The translations under genes were made by a program, and so were the position numbers. This document shows positions 19,622 through 29,676 of a stretch of DNA of 64,000 nucleotides, one piece after another. The notes beneath the pieces were generated by a model. It saw nothing but the letters and a program-made list of their open reading frames with translations. It searched no databases and was not told the DNA's origin. Source of the DNA: Thermoplasmatota archaeon (GTDB lineage Archaea; Thermoplasmatota; SW-10-69-26; JACQPN01; JAJPHT01); NCBI GenBank assembly GCA_035540375.1, contig DATLGO010000101.1:14324-78323 (forward strand), given 5' to 3'. Every line of letters begins with the position of its first letter. The stretch's first letter is position 1.

Positions 19622-21712
19622 ATGCGCCGGGCGCGCGTGGGCGACCTCTTCCTCGTCGTCCTCGTCGTCCTGGCGCCCGGGCTCAGCCTCCCTCCCGCGG
19701 GGGCCTCGCCGGGGACCCTCGCGGTGGAAGCGCCGCGCTGGGTCCCCGGCGACGGAACCCCGTTCGGCGTCTTCGTGACCGCGCCCGAAGGGGCCGAGGT
19801 CCGCGTCTGGATCGGGTCCGCCGCGTCGCCCGCCTCGCGGGTCTGGGACGGCGCCGCGTGGGTGGCGGGCGCGCGCTACGCCGCGCGCGCGACCGGCGAC
19901 GTCGATCTCGTCCCCTTGGCGCTCGATCCGAAGAAGATCCCGGCGGGCGCCTCGACGCTCCCGGGAGGCGCGCGCGTCCGCGTGGGCGACCGCATCGTGG
20001 CCGAGACCGCCTTCGGCGTCGCGCTCGCGCCCGCCGACGCCGCACGGCTCGCGCCCGTCGAAGCCCCGAACGGGGCAGCCGTCCGCGACGCCGCGGGGGC
20101 GCTCCTCGCGCTCGCGCCGCGGCCCGTCCCTGACCCGCGCGACCCGGCCCGCGTCGCGACGCCCGTCCTGCTCCTCGCGGCCGAGACCGCGACGCTTCCC
20201 GCGCGCGACCCCGCGACGGGCGCGGCGCTCGACCTCGGCCTCGCGTCGGGCGGGCTCCCGAAACCCGAGACGCGCGTCGTCGCGGGCCGCGCGACGCTCT
20301 TCGCCACGCCGCGCGAGGGGACGCCCGTGCTGCGCGCCGTCCTCGCCGAGGCGCGCGCGTCGCTCGACGTCGCCGTCTACACGCTCTCGTCGCCGACGCT
20401 CGCCGTCGACCTCGCCGACGCGGCGCGACGCGGCGTGCGGACGCGGCTCCTCGTCGAAGGCGCGCCCGCGGGCGGGTTTCCCGGCGACTCGTCGGGGCTC
20501 CTCGCGGCGCTCGCGCGAGCGGGCGTGGCCGTGCGCCTCGTCGAGGGCGCGGGCGCGATGCACGCGAAATACGTCGTCGCGGACGAACGGGCGACGCTCG
20601 TCGCGAGCGAGAACTGGGGCAGCTCGGCGTATCCGCCGTCTCCGCGATCGGAACGCGGCAACCGCGGGTGGGGCGTCGTCGTCGAGGACGCCGGCCTCGC
20701 GGCGGATCTCGCGCGCGTCTTCGCGCTCGACTTCGCGCGCGCCGCTCCGCTCGAGCCCGGGGAGCCATCGCGCCTCGCCGCGCCGCCCGAAACCCACGAA
20801 GCATGGGATGCGGCGGCAACGAGCGCGGGGCCGCGCCGAGCGCGCCTCCTCGTCGCGCCGGACGCGAGCCTCGCCCCCGACGGCCTCCTCGGCGTCCTCG
20901 CCTCGGCCGAGCGGTCGCTCGACGTCCAGCTCCTGCGCGCGGAGACGCGATGGAGCGACGGGCCGAATCCCTACGTCGAGTCGCTCGTCGCCGCGGCGCG
21001 GCGCGGGGTTTCCGTCCGGGTGATGCTCGACGCGGGATTCATGGATCCCGACAACGCGGCGACGGCGGCGCGCCTGAACGCCATCGCCGCGCGCGAGCGC
21101 CTCCCGCTCGAAGCGCGGATGGCGAATCCGGCCGGGATCGCGACGATCCACAACAAGGGCGTCGTCGCGGACGGTCGGGTCGTGGTCGTCGGAAGCCTCA
21201 ATTGGGGCCGCGCATCGGCCCTTGCGAACCGCGAGGTGAACCTGGTGCTCGAGGACGCGACGCTCGCGGCGCACGCGCTCGGCCGTTTCGAGGAGGATTG
21301 GCGGGCGACGTCTCCGGCCATCGAGGCGCCGAGGCCGATGCCCGGTGCCGGGGCGCTGCTCGTCGCGCTAGCGCTGGGTCTGGGGCTTGCCGTGCCACCA
21401 GAGCGCCATCGCCGCGACCGCGAACACGAGCGCCGAGACGAAGGCGACGGATCCCACGTTCGCGAGGATGCCGCCCGCGGCTTCGCGGATCGCGGGCTCG
21501 AACGATCGCCGGCCGATGTAGGCGATGAGGAACACCCACCACGCGCCGACGGCCGCGAGCGCCAGGCGCCACGCCCACCACCGGGGCGCGCGCTGCGGGT
21601 CGACGCTCCAGCGCTCGGTGAGAATGAGGATGGCGCCGAGACCGCCCGCGACGGCCGAGAGCGCGACCGCCGAGGCCGCCGCGGCCGCGGGATCGATGCC
21701 CGCCGAGGGTAG
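19622..21712 (+). CDS. Secreted phospholipase D-superfamily protein with two HKD motifs
   Basis: HAKYVVAD...SENW and HNKGVVAD...GSLNW; signal peptide; hydrophobic PG-anchor near 21340-21390. The 3' end is uncertain. Confidence 0.85.
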   Translation: MRRARVGDLFLVVLVVLAPGLSLPPAGASPGTLAVEAPRWVPGDGTPFGVFVTAPEGAEVRVWIGSAASPASRVWDGAAWVAGARYAARATGDVDLVPLALDPKKIPAGASTLPGGARVRVGDRIVAETAFGVALAPADAARLAPVEAPNGAAVRDAAGALLALAPRPVPDPRDPARVATPVLLLAAETATLPARDPATGAALDLGLASGGLPKPETRVVAGRATLFATPREGTPVLRAVLAEARASLDVAVYTLSSPTLAVDLADAARRGVRTRLLVEGAPAGGFPGDSSGLLAALARAGVAVRLVEGAGAMHAKYVVADERATLVASENWGSSAYPPSPRSERGNRGWGVVVEDAGLAADLARVFALDFARAAPLEPGEPSRLAAPPETHEAWDAAATSAGPRRARLLVAPDASLAPDGLLGVLASAERSLDVQLLRAETRWSDGPNPYVESLVAAARRGVSVRVMLDAGFMDPDNAATAARLNAIAARERLPLEARMANPAGIATIHNKGVVADGRVVVVGSLNWGRASALANREVNLVLEDATLAAHALGRFEEDWRATSPAIEAPRPMPGAGALLVALALGLGLAVPPERHRRDREHERRDEGDGSHVREDAARGFADRGLERSPADVGDEEHPPRADGRERQAPRPPPGRALRVDAPALGENEDGAETARDGRERDRRGRRGRGIDARRG

Positions 21713-21820
21713 CCACTTCTCGGCCGACGCGCGGCCGAAGGTGAACGCGGAGGCCGCAAGCGCCGCCGACGCGGCGACGAGGACCCAACCGGCGTCCCGC
21801 AGCACGCGTGCGCGCTCCAT
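21368..21820 (-). CDS. Hypothetical 4-TM membrane protein
   Basis: MERARVLRDAGWVLV...; four hydrophobic segments. Confidence 0.6.
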   Translation of the reverse strand: MERARVLRDAGWVLVAASAALAASAFTFGRASAEKWLPSAGIDPAAAAASAVALSAVAGGLGAILILTERWSVDPQRAPRWWAWRLALAAVGAWWVFLIAYIGRRSFEPAIREAAGGILANVGSVAFVSALVFAVAAMALWWHGKPQTQR

Positions 21821-21882
21821 GGGCCTCCATGGGGCGCTGGGAAACCATAAATTCGGTGCCTGGCGGCGGTCTCCCCGCCGCG

Positions 21883-22260
21883 TCAAGCGAAGCAGACGCG
21901 GACCAGGACGGGACCGACGCCCGCGCCGTGGCCGCGCAGGATCCACGTTCCGGGCTCGCCCGTCGGCGTCTCGCGGCGCCAGGCGTCGAGGTCCGTCCCC
22001 GTGACGAAGAGGGCGCGATGGACCGCGACCTCGCGGCCGGCGCCGTCGGTGAGGGTCGCCGTGAAGCGGCCGAGCGCGGTCGCGGAAGGGTCGAGATCGA
22101 GGTGCGCGACGCGGACGACGCGCGGGGATTCGACGGTCACGGCGCGATCGGCCGAAAGGTCGAACGTCCACGTCGCGCAGACAGTCGAGGTCGCGCCCCC
22201 CGGGGGCATGAGCGGGAAAGCGAGGAGGACGGCGAGCGCGAGCGCGCGGCGCGAGGCCAT
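21883..22260 (-). CDS. Small secreted hypothetical protein
   Basis: MASRRALALAVLLAF signal peptide, beta-rich body, N- and C-terminal Cys. Confidence 0.55.
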   Translation of the reverse strand: MASRRALALAVLLAFPLMPPGGATSTVCATWTFDLSADRAVTVESPRVVRVAHLDLDPSATALGRFTATLTDGAGREVAVHRALFVTGTDLDAWRRETPTGEPGTWILRGHGAGVGPVLVRVCFA

Positions 22261-22305
22261 GCGGCCGCTACGCGCGCGCCGTCCCAAAGCCCTGACGGAC
22301 GACCG

Positions 22306-22602
22306 TCAGGCGCCGCGCAGGTGGAGCTTCCGTTTCAGGAGCTCCGCGCGCGCTTCGTGGATGGCGCCGCGCTCGAGCAGGAAGCGGATGTGCTTCTTGT
22401 CCGCGGTGATCCACCCGCCGCGCCGGCGGAAGTGCAGGTCCTGGTCGACCGCCTCGAAGAAGGGGTCGGCCGCATCCATGTCCTCGTGGGCCACCGTCGG
22501 GAACAGCTTCGCGGCATGCGCGAAGCGGCCTCGCCGCTCCGTCCGCGCGCTCTTCCAGTGGTGCCTCTTGAACGGTTCGTTGGATCGCTTCGTGTTCGCC
22601 AA
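22306..22602 (-). CDS. Small basic hypothetical protein
   Basis: TTG start preceded by SD-like AAGGTGA and an upstream TATAA; non-shadow amino-acid composition. Confidence 0.55.
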   Translation of the reverse strand: MANTKRSNEPFKRHHWKSARTERRGRFAHAAKLFPTVAHEDMDAADPFFEAVDQDLHFRRRGGWITADKKHIRFLLERGAIHEARAELLKRKLHLRGA

Positions 22603-22747
22603 TCAAGTCACCTTGTAGAACACAACCAGCCAAGGGAGCCTTCGACTTCAGTGGTTATAGGATTTTCGCGCGGCGTTCGGGGGAACACAGGCCCCATCGG
22701 CAAAACGACGGCCTCCGACCCGAACGCGTCCGACCGGACAGAGCGGA

Positions 22748-23053
22748 CTACCCGTCCACGCGCGTCTCGTACTCGGGGTCCTTCCCTTCGCCCTCGGCCG
22801 CGGCGTGCGCGTCCTCTTCCTGGGCGGCGTCGTGGAGCTCCTTGATCGCCCGCGTCTTCCACCAGAGGAGCGTCAGACCGGAAGCGGCCATCACGCCGCC
22901 CACCGCGAACCCGCCCTGGATGGCGGCCCCCGCGGCCCCCGCGCTCGCGCCGAGCCACGTCAGGGCCCAGAGACCCGTGAAGGTCCCCGCTGCGGCGAGC
23001 ACCTTCTCTTCGCGCGGCATTGGGGCGGGAGCGGCGATCTTGAGGGCAGGCAC
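22748..23053 (-). CDS. Small 2-TM membrane protein
   Basis: Two hydrophobic segments and an acidic tail. Confidence 0.5.
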   Translation of the reverse strand: MPALKIAAPAPMPREEKVLAAAGTFTGLWALTWLGASAGAAGAAIQGGFAVGGVMAASGLTLLWWKTRAIKELHDAAQEEDAHAAAEGEGKDPEYETRVDG

Positions 23054-23172
23054 GGTTTCAGGCTCTGGTCATCCACCTATACATAGCCGACCGGCCGTTC
23101 CCCAGGACGGGTAAGCCTCCCTGGACATCTTGGGCGTCATGCTTATCCATCCGTCCCGCCAACGCGATCCGG

Positions 23173-24831
23173 ATGCAGCTACCGGCGGATGCGCCCCGCG
23201 TCGAGGACGACGGAGAAGCCGCCGCTCTCTTCCGGGGGCTGCTTGCGAGCGCGAACACGCTTCTTGTCGTCGCGGATGAGACGGGGCTCGTCTGCCACCT
23301 CGGGAACCGGTGCTCGGAGCTCATCGGTCGCCCTCCGGAGGCGGTCGTGAACCGTCTCACCATCCTGGATTGCGTTGCGAAGGAGGATGCGCACGTTGCG
23401 GCCGCGATGCTTGAAAGGGCCCTCGGCGACGGCTACGCCGAGGGCACGTTCGGCGTCATCGCGGCGGACGGGCGACGACGCCGCATGGAGGCCACGGCCA
23501 ATGGCATCGAGACCCCCGACGGCGCCCGCGTGCTCTTCGTCGCGCGCGACGTGAGCGAGATATTCGAGACCCACGAGCGTCTCGGGGCGATCGTCGACGC
23601 CCAGCATGCCGTATGGCGGACGAACACGACGGCCGACGCCCTCCGGGCGGCCCTCGCGATCTTCCGCGACCGCATCGAGCTCGCGGGCGCCATCGGGGCC
23701 TACCTGCTCAAGCCTGGAACGCGCCGCCTCGTCATGGTCGCGAGCCTCGGCCACCCGCCCGAGCTCAGCGAATACGTCGAGCACCACTCGATCTCGGTCG
23801 ACGTGGAGGACAATCACATCACCCGCGCGTTCGCGGGCGTCGGCGGGATCCAGGTTCTCCGGTTCGCCGATGCGCCCATGGACGACCGCATCCGCGCGTC
23901 GCTTCTTGCGCATGGTCTGCATTGCTCCACCGCCGTGCCGCTAGAATCGCTCTCCGGCGAGCCCTTTGGCGTCCTTGTGGTGGGCCTCACGCGCGAAGTC
24001 CCCACCAGGGAAGACGGTTCGCTCGACGATCCCGCGATCGCGCGATGGATCGAGGTCCTCGCGCAGGAGGTCGGGGCGGTCGCGGATCGCATGCTGGCCC
24101 AGGAGCGTCTCAAGGTGGCGCTCGCGAGCGAACGGCGGTTTTCCGAAGAATTCGAGGCGTTCGCCTACCGTGCGAGCCACGATCTCTCGGAACCGCTGCG
24201 GCGCATCGGAACGCTCGCGGATTTCGCCCGCCAGGATCTCGCGCAGGGGCGATCGCAGGCGGCGCGCGAGGAGCTCGCGCAGATCGCCGAGACGTCCGAG
24301 CGCGTCAAATCCATGATCTCGCGGCTCCTCGAGCTCAGCCGCGTCTCGCGGAGCTTGCCCGCCGCCCCGAGCTGGCAACTCGCGGACGTCGCCCGGCAGG
24401 TGATCGACGATCTGACGCTGCTTTGCGCCGAGCGCGACGCTCGGGCGACCCTCGAGACGCCGATGCCGCAGGTCGCTGCGAACCGCGAACGGGTGTACGT
24501 CGCTCTCCACAATATCGTCGAAAACGCCATCATCCACAACGTGGCGAATCCGCGGCCCCATGTCTGGATCCGGGCCGAAACTCGCCCCGACGGCTTCGTC
24601 GAAGTCTCTGTCCGCGACAACGGGCCCGGAATCCCCGAGGAACATCGCGAGCGCGTGTTCCACCTCTTCCATCGCGGCCACGTCACCGCCGAGCGCGGCC
24701 GGGTCGGGGCGGGCCTCACCGTCGCGATGCGCGCGATCACGCAGGAAGGCGGCAACATCTGGATCCTCTCCTCGCCCGAAGGGGGGACCGACGTGCGCTT
24801 CACGCTCCGCTCGGAGCCCGCCGGCGCGTGA
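23173..24831 (+). CDS. PAS-GAF sensor histidine kinase
   Basis: H box ASHDLSEPLR, N box NIVENAI, DNGPGIP, VFHLF, GAGL, GGTDVRFTL. Confidence 0.93.
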   Translation: MQLPADAPRVEDDGEAAALFRGLLASANTLLVVADETGLVCHLGNRCSELIGRPPEAVVNRLTILDCVAKEDAHVAAAMLERALGDGYAEGTFGVIAADGRRRRMEATANGIETPDGARVLFVARDVSEIFETHERLGAIVDAQHAVWRTNTTADALRAALAIFRDRIELAGAIGAYLLKPGTRRLVMVASLGHPPELSEYVEHHSISVDVEDNHITRAFAGVGGIQVLRFADAPMDDRIRASLLAHGLHCSTAVPLESLSGEPFGVLVVGLTREVPTREDGSLDDPAIARWIEVLAQEVGAVADRMLAQERLKVALASERRFSEEFEAFAYRASHDLSEPLRRIGTLADFARQDLAQGRSQAAREELAQIAETSERVKSMISRLLELSRVSRSLPAAPSWQLADVARQVIDDLTLLCAERDARATLETPMPQVAANRERVYVALHNIVENAIIHNVANPRPHVWIRAETRPDGFVEVSVRDNGPGIPEEHRERVFHLFHRGHVTAERGRVGAGLTVAMRAITQEGGNIWILSSPEGGTDVRFTLRSEPAGA

Positions 24832-24870
24832 TCCGCAACCGTCATCCGCCTCCGCGACGGTGCGTCCCGC

Positions 24871-25422
24871 GTGGAAGCCTCCGGACTCTACAAGCTGAAC
24901 CCGGGCGACCGCGCGCCCGACTTCTCGCTTCCGGGCGTCGACGGCCGCCGCCACGCGCTCTCGGACTACGCGTCGAAGCCGGCGCTCGTGGTGGTCTTCT
25001 CGTGCAACCATTGCCCTTACGTGCGCGCCTACGAGGAGCGGATGATCGGCTTCGCGCTCGCGTACGAGCCGCGCGGGGTCGCGATGGTCGCCATCAACTC
25101 GAACGAGACCACGAGGTATCCCGAGGACGATTTCCCCCACATGGTCTCGCGCGCCGCGGACAAGGGATACACGTTCGATTATCTGCGCGACGAGGACCAG
25201 TCGGTCGCGCACGCCTACGGCGCCGTCTGCACGCCGCAGTTCATGCTCTTCGACGCCGACCGCCGCCTCCGTTACCAGGGCCGTTTCGACGACGAGAAGG
25301 ACCACCCGGAGAAGGTCAAGGAGAAATACCTCGAAAACGCGGTCGAAGACCTTCTCGCGGGACGCCCGGTCGCGAAGCCGGTGACGCGCGCGATCGGCTG
25401 CTCCATCAAGTGGAACGCGTGA
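24871..25422 (+). CDS. Thioredoxin-family (AhpC/TSA-like) protein
   Basis: APDFSLP, CNHCPY, AINSN, DEDQSVAHAYGAVCTP, GCSIKW. Confidence 0.9.
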   Translation: MEASGLYKLNPGDRAPDFSLPGVDGRRHALSDYASKPALVVVFSCNHCPYVRAYEERMIGFALAYEPRGVAMVAINSNETTRYPEDDFPHMVSRAADKGYTFDYLRDEDQSVAHAYGAVCTPQFMLFDADRRLRYQGRFDDEKDHPEKVKEKYLENAVEDLLAGRPVAKPVTRAIGCSIKWNA

Positions 25423-26566
25423 GACCCTCGTCGGGCTCGCCCGATTCCTCGAGCGTCTTGCCGATGCGCAGGAACCGCGATCGCGCCGTCACGCGCTCGA
25501 GCGCGGCGAGCCGCCGCCGCACCTCGCGCGGGGCCTCGGGGTCCGCCATGAGGGCGCGCACGCGCCTCTCGTCGACGTCGAGCGCGCGGTCGAGAAGCCC
25601 CGCCTCCGCGAGGACGCGTCGGGCCTCGTCGAGATCGAAGGCCCTGCTCGTGGCCTCCACCACCGTCACGGGGCGGCCCTCCCCGGCCTCCACGCGACGG
25701 ACCCCGCGCGCGTCCATGTAGGCGAGGATCTCGTCCGCGACGCCCGCCGCCTCGGCCTCGGCCGCCCGCGCCGTCTCCTTGAGCGCGACGTAGCGCCTCG
25801 CGAGGTCGCCCACGCCGCCGCCCGCGAACGGGAGCCGCTTTTCAGCCGACGGCGCGGTTTCCGCGAAGTATGGACAACGGTTCGCGAATTCGCACGGGCA
25901 TTCGCGATTGAGCCTCGGATCGAAGCGACCGGCCTCGATGGCCTCGGCGGTCGCGACCACGCGGTCCGCGATGGAGGCGACGGCGGCCCGGTCGTGCCGG
26001 GGCGCGCTCACGGGGACGTTCGAGCGGAGGTTGTGGAGCGTCAGGCGCTCCACGCGGCCGAAGAGGTCGTCGACCGCCATCTGGTAAAGCGTGAGCTGAC
26101 CGCTCGTCGCCGCGTCGCGGCGCGTCATCGCTCGCCGGCCCGACTTGTAGTCGACGATCGCGAAGCCGCCGCCCTCGCGGTCGACGCGGTCGATGAAACC
26201 CGTGACGGGCACCCCTTCGACGTCGATCGTGAACGGAAGCTCGACCGCGACCGGAGGCGCGAACCGGGGCGTCTCCGCGCGCCAGAACCGCTCGAGGACG
26301 GCCTCTCCCGCGGCGCGCTCGCGCGCGGCGGTCGCGGCGTCGGGGAAGCCGTCGTCGGACCACGCCTTGCGGTAGGCCTCGAGGGTCGCCTCGAGGGACG
26401 CCGGCCCGGGCTCGGCCGTCGCCCACGCTTCGAGGGCCTCGTGGAGGGCGCTTCCGAACGAGAAGTAGCCCTTCGGCGCCTGGGGAAGCCGGTCCACGTA
26501 AAGGAATCGCCACCGCAGCGGGCACCCCTCGTACGTCGACATCGACGACCAGCTCAGGCGCCGCAT
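25406..26566 (-). CDS. PD-(D/E)XK RecB-family exonuclease
   Basis: LSWS...CP, FGSALH, GFIDRVD, IVDYKSG, QLTLY, terminal Cys cluster CPCEFANRC. Confidence 0.88.
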   Translation of the reverse strand: MRRLSWSSMSTYEGCPLRWRFLYVDRLPQAPKGYFSFGSALHEALEAWATAEPGPASLEATLEAYRKAWSDDGFPDAATAARERAAGEAVLERFWRAETPRFAPPVAVELPFTIDVEGVPVTGFIDRVDREGGGFAIVDYKSGRRAMTRRDAATSGQLTLYQMAVDDLFGRVERLTLHNLRSNVPVSAPRHDRAAVASIADRVVATAEAIEAGRFDPRLNRECPCEFANRCPYFAETAPSAEKRLPFAGGGVGDLARRYVALKETARAAEAEAAGVADEILAYMDARGVRRVEAGEGRPVTVVEATSRAFDLDEARRVLAEAGLLDRALDVDERRVRALMADPEAPREVRRRLAALERVTARSRFLRIGKTLEESGEPDEGLTRST

Positions 26567-26660
26567 GCAGGCGGTCGACGATGCGGGGCGGCTTGAGGCT
26601 TCCCCCGGAGTCGCGGCGCGAACGCGGAAGGCATTTCACGCCCGCCGCGCATCCGGGCGC

Positions 26661-28841
26661 GTGGACGACGAGACGCTCCGCAGCGTCGACCTCGCGAAGC
26701 GCCTCCGACGCGTCGTCCTCCACGTCGCCCGCGCGGTTCCCGACGGCGACCCCGCGGGCCGGGGCGCCTTCGGCAGCATCCTCGACGAGGAGGCGCCCCG
26801 GGTCGAGGCGAAGGCCGAGCGCGAAGCCGCGGCCTTCCTTCTCGTGGGACAGGCCCTCGCGTACCGCATCCTCGGACGCGACCGGCCGCTCCCGGCGGTT
26901 CCGCGCGGCCTCGACGGCGCGGGGCTCGCCGCCTTCTTCGGCGGAAGCGAGGCCGCGCGACGCCAGCCCGCGGCGTTCGCGCCGCGGCTTCCCGCCGTGC
27001 CGGCGCGCGCGGTGGACGCGACCCTCCGCGCGCTCGACGAGGCCCGCCCCGAGCGCCTCCCGGTGGACGTCCTCGGGAAGGTGTTCCACAACCTCATCCC
27101 GCGCGCCGTGCGGAAGGTCGTCGCCGCGTACTACACGAACTCGGAGGCCGCGGACCTTCTTGCGACGCTCACCGTCACCCACGCCGACGCGCGCGTCCTC
27201 GACCCCGCCTGCGGATCCGGCGCCCTGCTCATCGCCGCCTGGCGCGCGAAACGCGCCCTGGGCGGCGGCGCGCCCTCCGACCTCGAGGGGCGCGACGTCA
27301 TGCCGGCGAGCGCGCACCTCGCGGCCGTGCAGCTCGCGCTCCACGCGGGCGACGGGCCGCGCATCGCGCTCGCGGACGGAACGACGCGCGGACGCCACCC
27401 GCCCGTCGACGTGGTCCTGATGAACCCCCCGTTCACGCGTTTCCAGAGGCTCCCGCCCGCCCTGAAAGCGACCCTCCGGTCGCGCTTCGCGGACTATCCG
27501 GAGATCACGGGCCAGCTCGCGCTCCACGGTTACTTCCTCCTCCTCGCCGACCGCGTTCTCGCCCCGGGCGGGCGCCTCGGCGCCGTCCTCCCGGCCTCGA
27601 CCCTCTCGGGCAAGGCGTTCCAGGGCGTCGTCGAGCGCCTGCTCACCGACTACACCGTCGAGCACGTCGTGACGACGACGGGCCGGGCGGCCTTCAGCGA
27701 CGACGCGGACTTCCGCGAGGTCATGCTGGTCGCCGAGAAGCGTCCGCCGCGCGCGGGCCATCGCGTGCGCCTCGCGACGCTCGCGGACGACCCGTCGCGA
27801 TGGACGAGCGCGGTCGCGCGGGACCGGGCGGGTCGCATGGCGGATGCCGCCGGCGCCGGTCAGCCGCTCCAGGCTGCGCTTGCCCGCGACGGGCGCGCGC
27901 TCGCCGAGCGCCTCGCCCTCTCGACGGACCTCGGCCTCGCCGCCGTGAGCGCCCTCGACGTCGCCTTCGCGGGCCTTCCCGCGCTCGCGGAGGTCCTTCG
28001 GGGCCTCGACGCGACGGTGGAGGAGAGCCTCCGGGCCCCGGGTCGCGAGGGCGCCTTCGACCTCATCGTCCTGAGCGACCCCCTGCGGGCCCTCAAGCGG
28101 GTCGATCGTTGGGTGCTCGAGGACGGTTTTGCCTTCGACCGCGCGACCGGAAAGCGCGCGCCCTTCGATCCGGCGTCCGCGGCCCCCTGCCTGCGCCGCA
28201 TCAGCCAGTCGAGCCACCTCGCCCTCGAGGGACGCGAGGACTGGGTGGCCCTCGCGCCCCTCGACGGCGTGGCCCCTCCGCGCGGATGGGACCGATGGCG
28301 CGCCACCGTGACGCGCCACACGGGCCGCCTCGCGCTCCTCTACAAGATGGACCTGGGGGCTCCCGGAACGCGGGCGCTCGCGGTCCATCACCCGAAGGGC
28401 CTCTTTTGCGCGGGCGACGCCTGGCGCGTCGAGGCGGACGACGACGAGGCGCTTCGCATCCTCGCGCTCTGGCTCAACACCGCGAGCTTCGCCCTGGCGC
28501 TCGTCCGCGTGCGGTCCGAGACGCGCGGATCCTGGATCCGCCTCGACAAGGGTCTCATGGCCCGCATCCCGGCGCCGGATCCGGGCGCCCTCGACGCGGC
28601 GACGCGGCGGCGCCTCCTCGACCTCTACGAGCGCGCCCGCGAAGCGCCCCTCGGCTCGCTGTGGGAGGACGTGCGCGACCGCCGCGCGCCGCGCGTCGAC
28701 CTCGACCGCGCGTTCCTCGAGACGGTCAGGGCCCCCGACGGCACGCTCGAAGCGATCTACGCAGGCCTCGAGGCGGAGCTCGGAAACCTCCGCGCCGTTC
28801 TCAGATATGACGGGACGCCGCGTCGACCGTCGCCCAGATGA
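26661..28841 (+). CDS. N6-adenine DNA methyltransferase (type I/IIG-like architecture, no evident nuclease domain)
   Basis: YYT, VLDPACGSG motif I, VLMNPPF motif IV, LAPGGRLGAVLP, and a TRD-like C-terminus (LWLNT...IPAPD). Start GTG 26661 inferred. Confidence 0.85.
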   Translation: MDDETLRSVDLAKRLRRVVLHVARAVPDGDPAGRGAFGSILDEEAPRVEAKAEREAAAFLLVGQALAYRILGRDRPLPAVPRGLDGAGLAAFFGGSEAARRQPAAFAPRLPAVPARAVDATLRALDEARPERLPVDVLGKVFHNLIPRAVRKVVAAYYTNSEAADLLATLTVTHADARVLDPACGSGALLIAAWRAKRALGGGAPSDLEGRDVMPASAHLAAVQLALHAGDGPRIALADGTTRGRHPPVDVVLMNPPFTRFQRLPPALKATLRSRFADYPEITGQLALHGYFLLLADRVLAPGGRLGAVLPASTLSGKAFQGVVERLLTDYTVEHVVTTTGRAAFSDDADFREVMLVAEKRPPRAGHRVRLATLADDPSRWTSAVARDRAGRMADAAGAGQPLQAALARDGRALAERLALSTDLGLAAVSALDVAFAGLPALAEVLRGLDATVEESLRAPGREGAFDLIVLSDPLRALKRVDRWVLEDGFAFDRATGKRAPFDPASAAPCLRRISQSSHLALEGREDWVALAPLDGVAPPRGWDRWRATVTRHTGRLALLYKMDLGAPGTRALAVHHPKGLFCAGDAWRVEADDDEALRILALWLNTASFALALVRVRSETRGSWIRLDKGLMARIPAPDPGALDAATRRRLLDLYERAREAPLGSLWEDVRDRRAPRVDLDRAFLETVRAPDGTLEAIYAGLEAELGNLRAVLRYDGTPRRPSPR

Positions 28842-29385
28842 CGCGCTCGCGCCCCGCGAGACGTTCGAGGGGCGACGGAAGGACCTCTTCGAGCTTCATC
28901 GCGAAGTCCCGGTGGTATCGACCCGGCTGGCACCGGCCGCAGGACCACGACCCGCGCAGGGGAACGCGTCGCCGCCAGGCGGCGCGGCAGGTGACGCACC
29001 GATAGACGTACCGGAAGGTCGCGTTCTCCGGACCCAGGTCGTGGTCGCCGTTCGCGCGGACCCCGAGCCCTTCGAGGAGGTCGTGGAACCGCTCGGTGTG
29101 GGAGGTCTCGTTCGCGGCGGCGTAGAGGTGCGCGTGGACGACCTCGTGCTTGAGCGTCGCGTCGAGCTCCCGCCAGTAGTTCCGGTGGTGGAGGCGCTGG
29201 GGCTCGAGCAGGAAAAGGTAGGGGGAGAAGCGGACCGCCTTGCGGCGGAAGTAGATGAGGGCCCATGCGTTCGTCACGCGCCCCGAGAAGCGCAGATCGT
29301 GGGCCGGCGTGCGGCCTGGAAGCTCGCGCGCGACGTCGTTCCACCGCTTCCGCAGGACCTCTTCGAGGGCGAGCAGGGCCTCCAT
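28801..29385 (-). CDS. SprT-like zinc metalloprotease
   Basis: TLKHEVVH (HExxH), H...F, YRCVTC...CGRC zinc ribbon. Confidence 0.85.
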   Translation of the reverse strand: MEALLALEEVLRKRWNDVARELPGRTPAHDLRFSGRVTNAWALIYFRRKAVRFSPYLFLLEPQRLHHRNYWRELDATLKHEVVHAHLYAAANETSHTERFHDLLEGLGVRANGDHDLGPENATFRYVYRCVTCRAAWRRRVPLRGSWSCGRCQPGRYHRDFAMKLEEVLPSPLERLAGRERVIWATVDAASRHI

Positions 29386-29676
29386 GCCGGAACCGCGGGC
29401 CCCCGTCTCGCGCCCCCGGGATTTAAGGCCGCGACGGACGGCGCCGACGCCGTCGAGGGAACCTTCATGGCCCCCCGGCGGCCCCGCCCGCGTCGCCGCG
29501 GGAGGCAAGCTTCTTCACCCGCGGCCCGGATGGACGCGCGGCGCGATGAGGAGAAGAGGGTCAACGAGCCCCGGCTGTGACCGCACATTCTGACTGCATC
29601 CGAGCGCCGACCTTTCCACGCGGGCGGGCGCCCGGCGAGGCCATGCGCGGGAGCCTGCGCTGGGATCCCGGACGAG

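Noticed and set aside
25406..26566. Nuclease as Cas4 of a CRISPR system
   Set aside because: No cas genes or repeat-spacer array in the window; the motifs fit stand-alone RecB-family nucleases.
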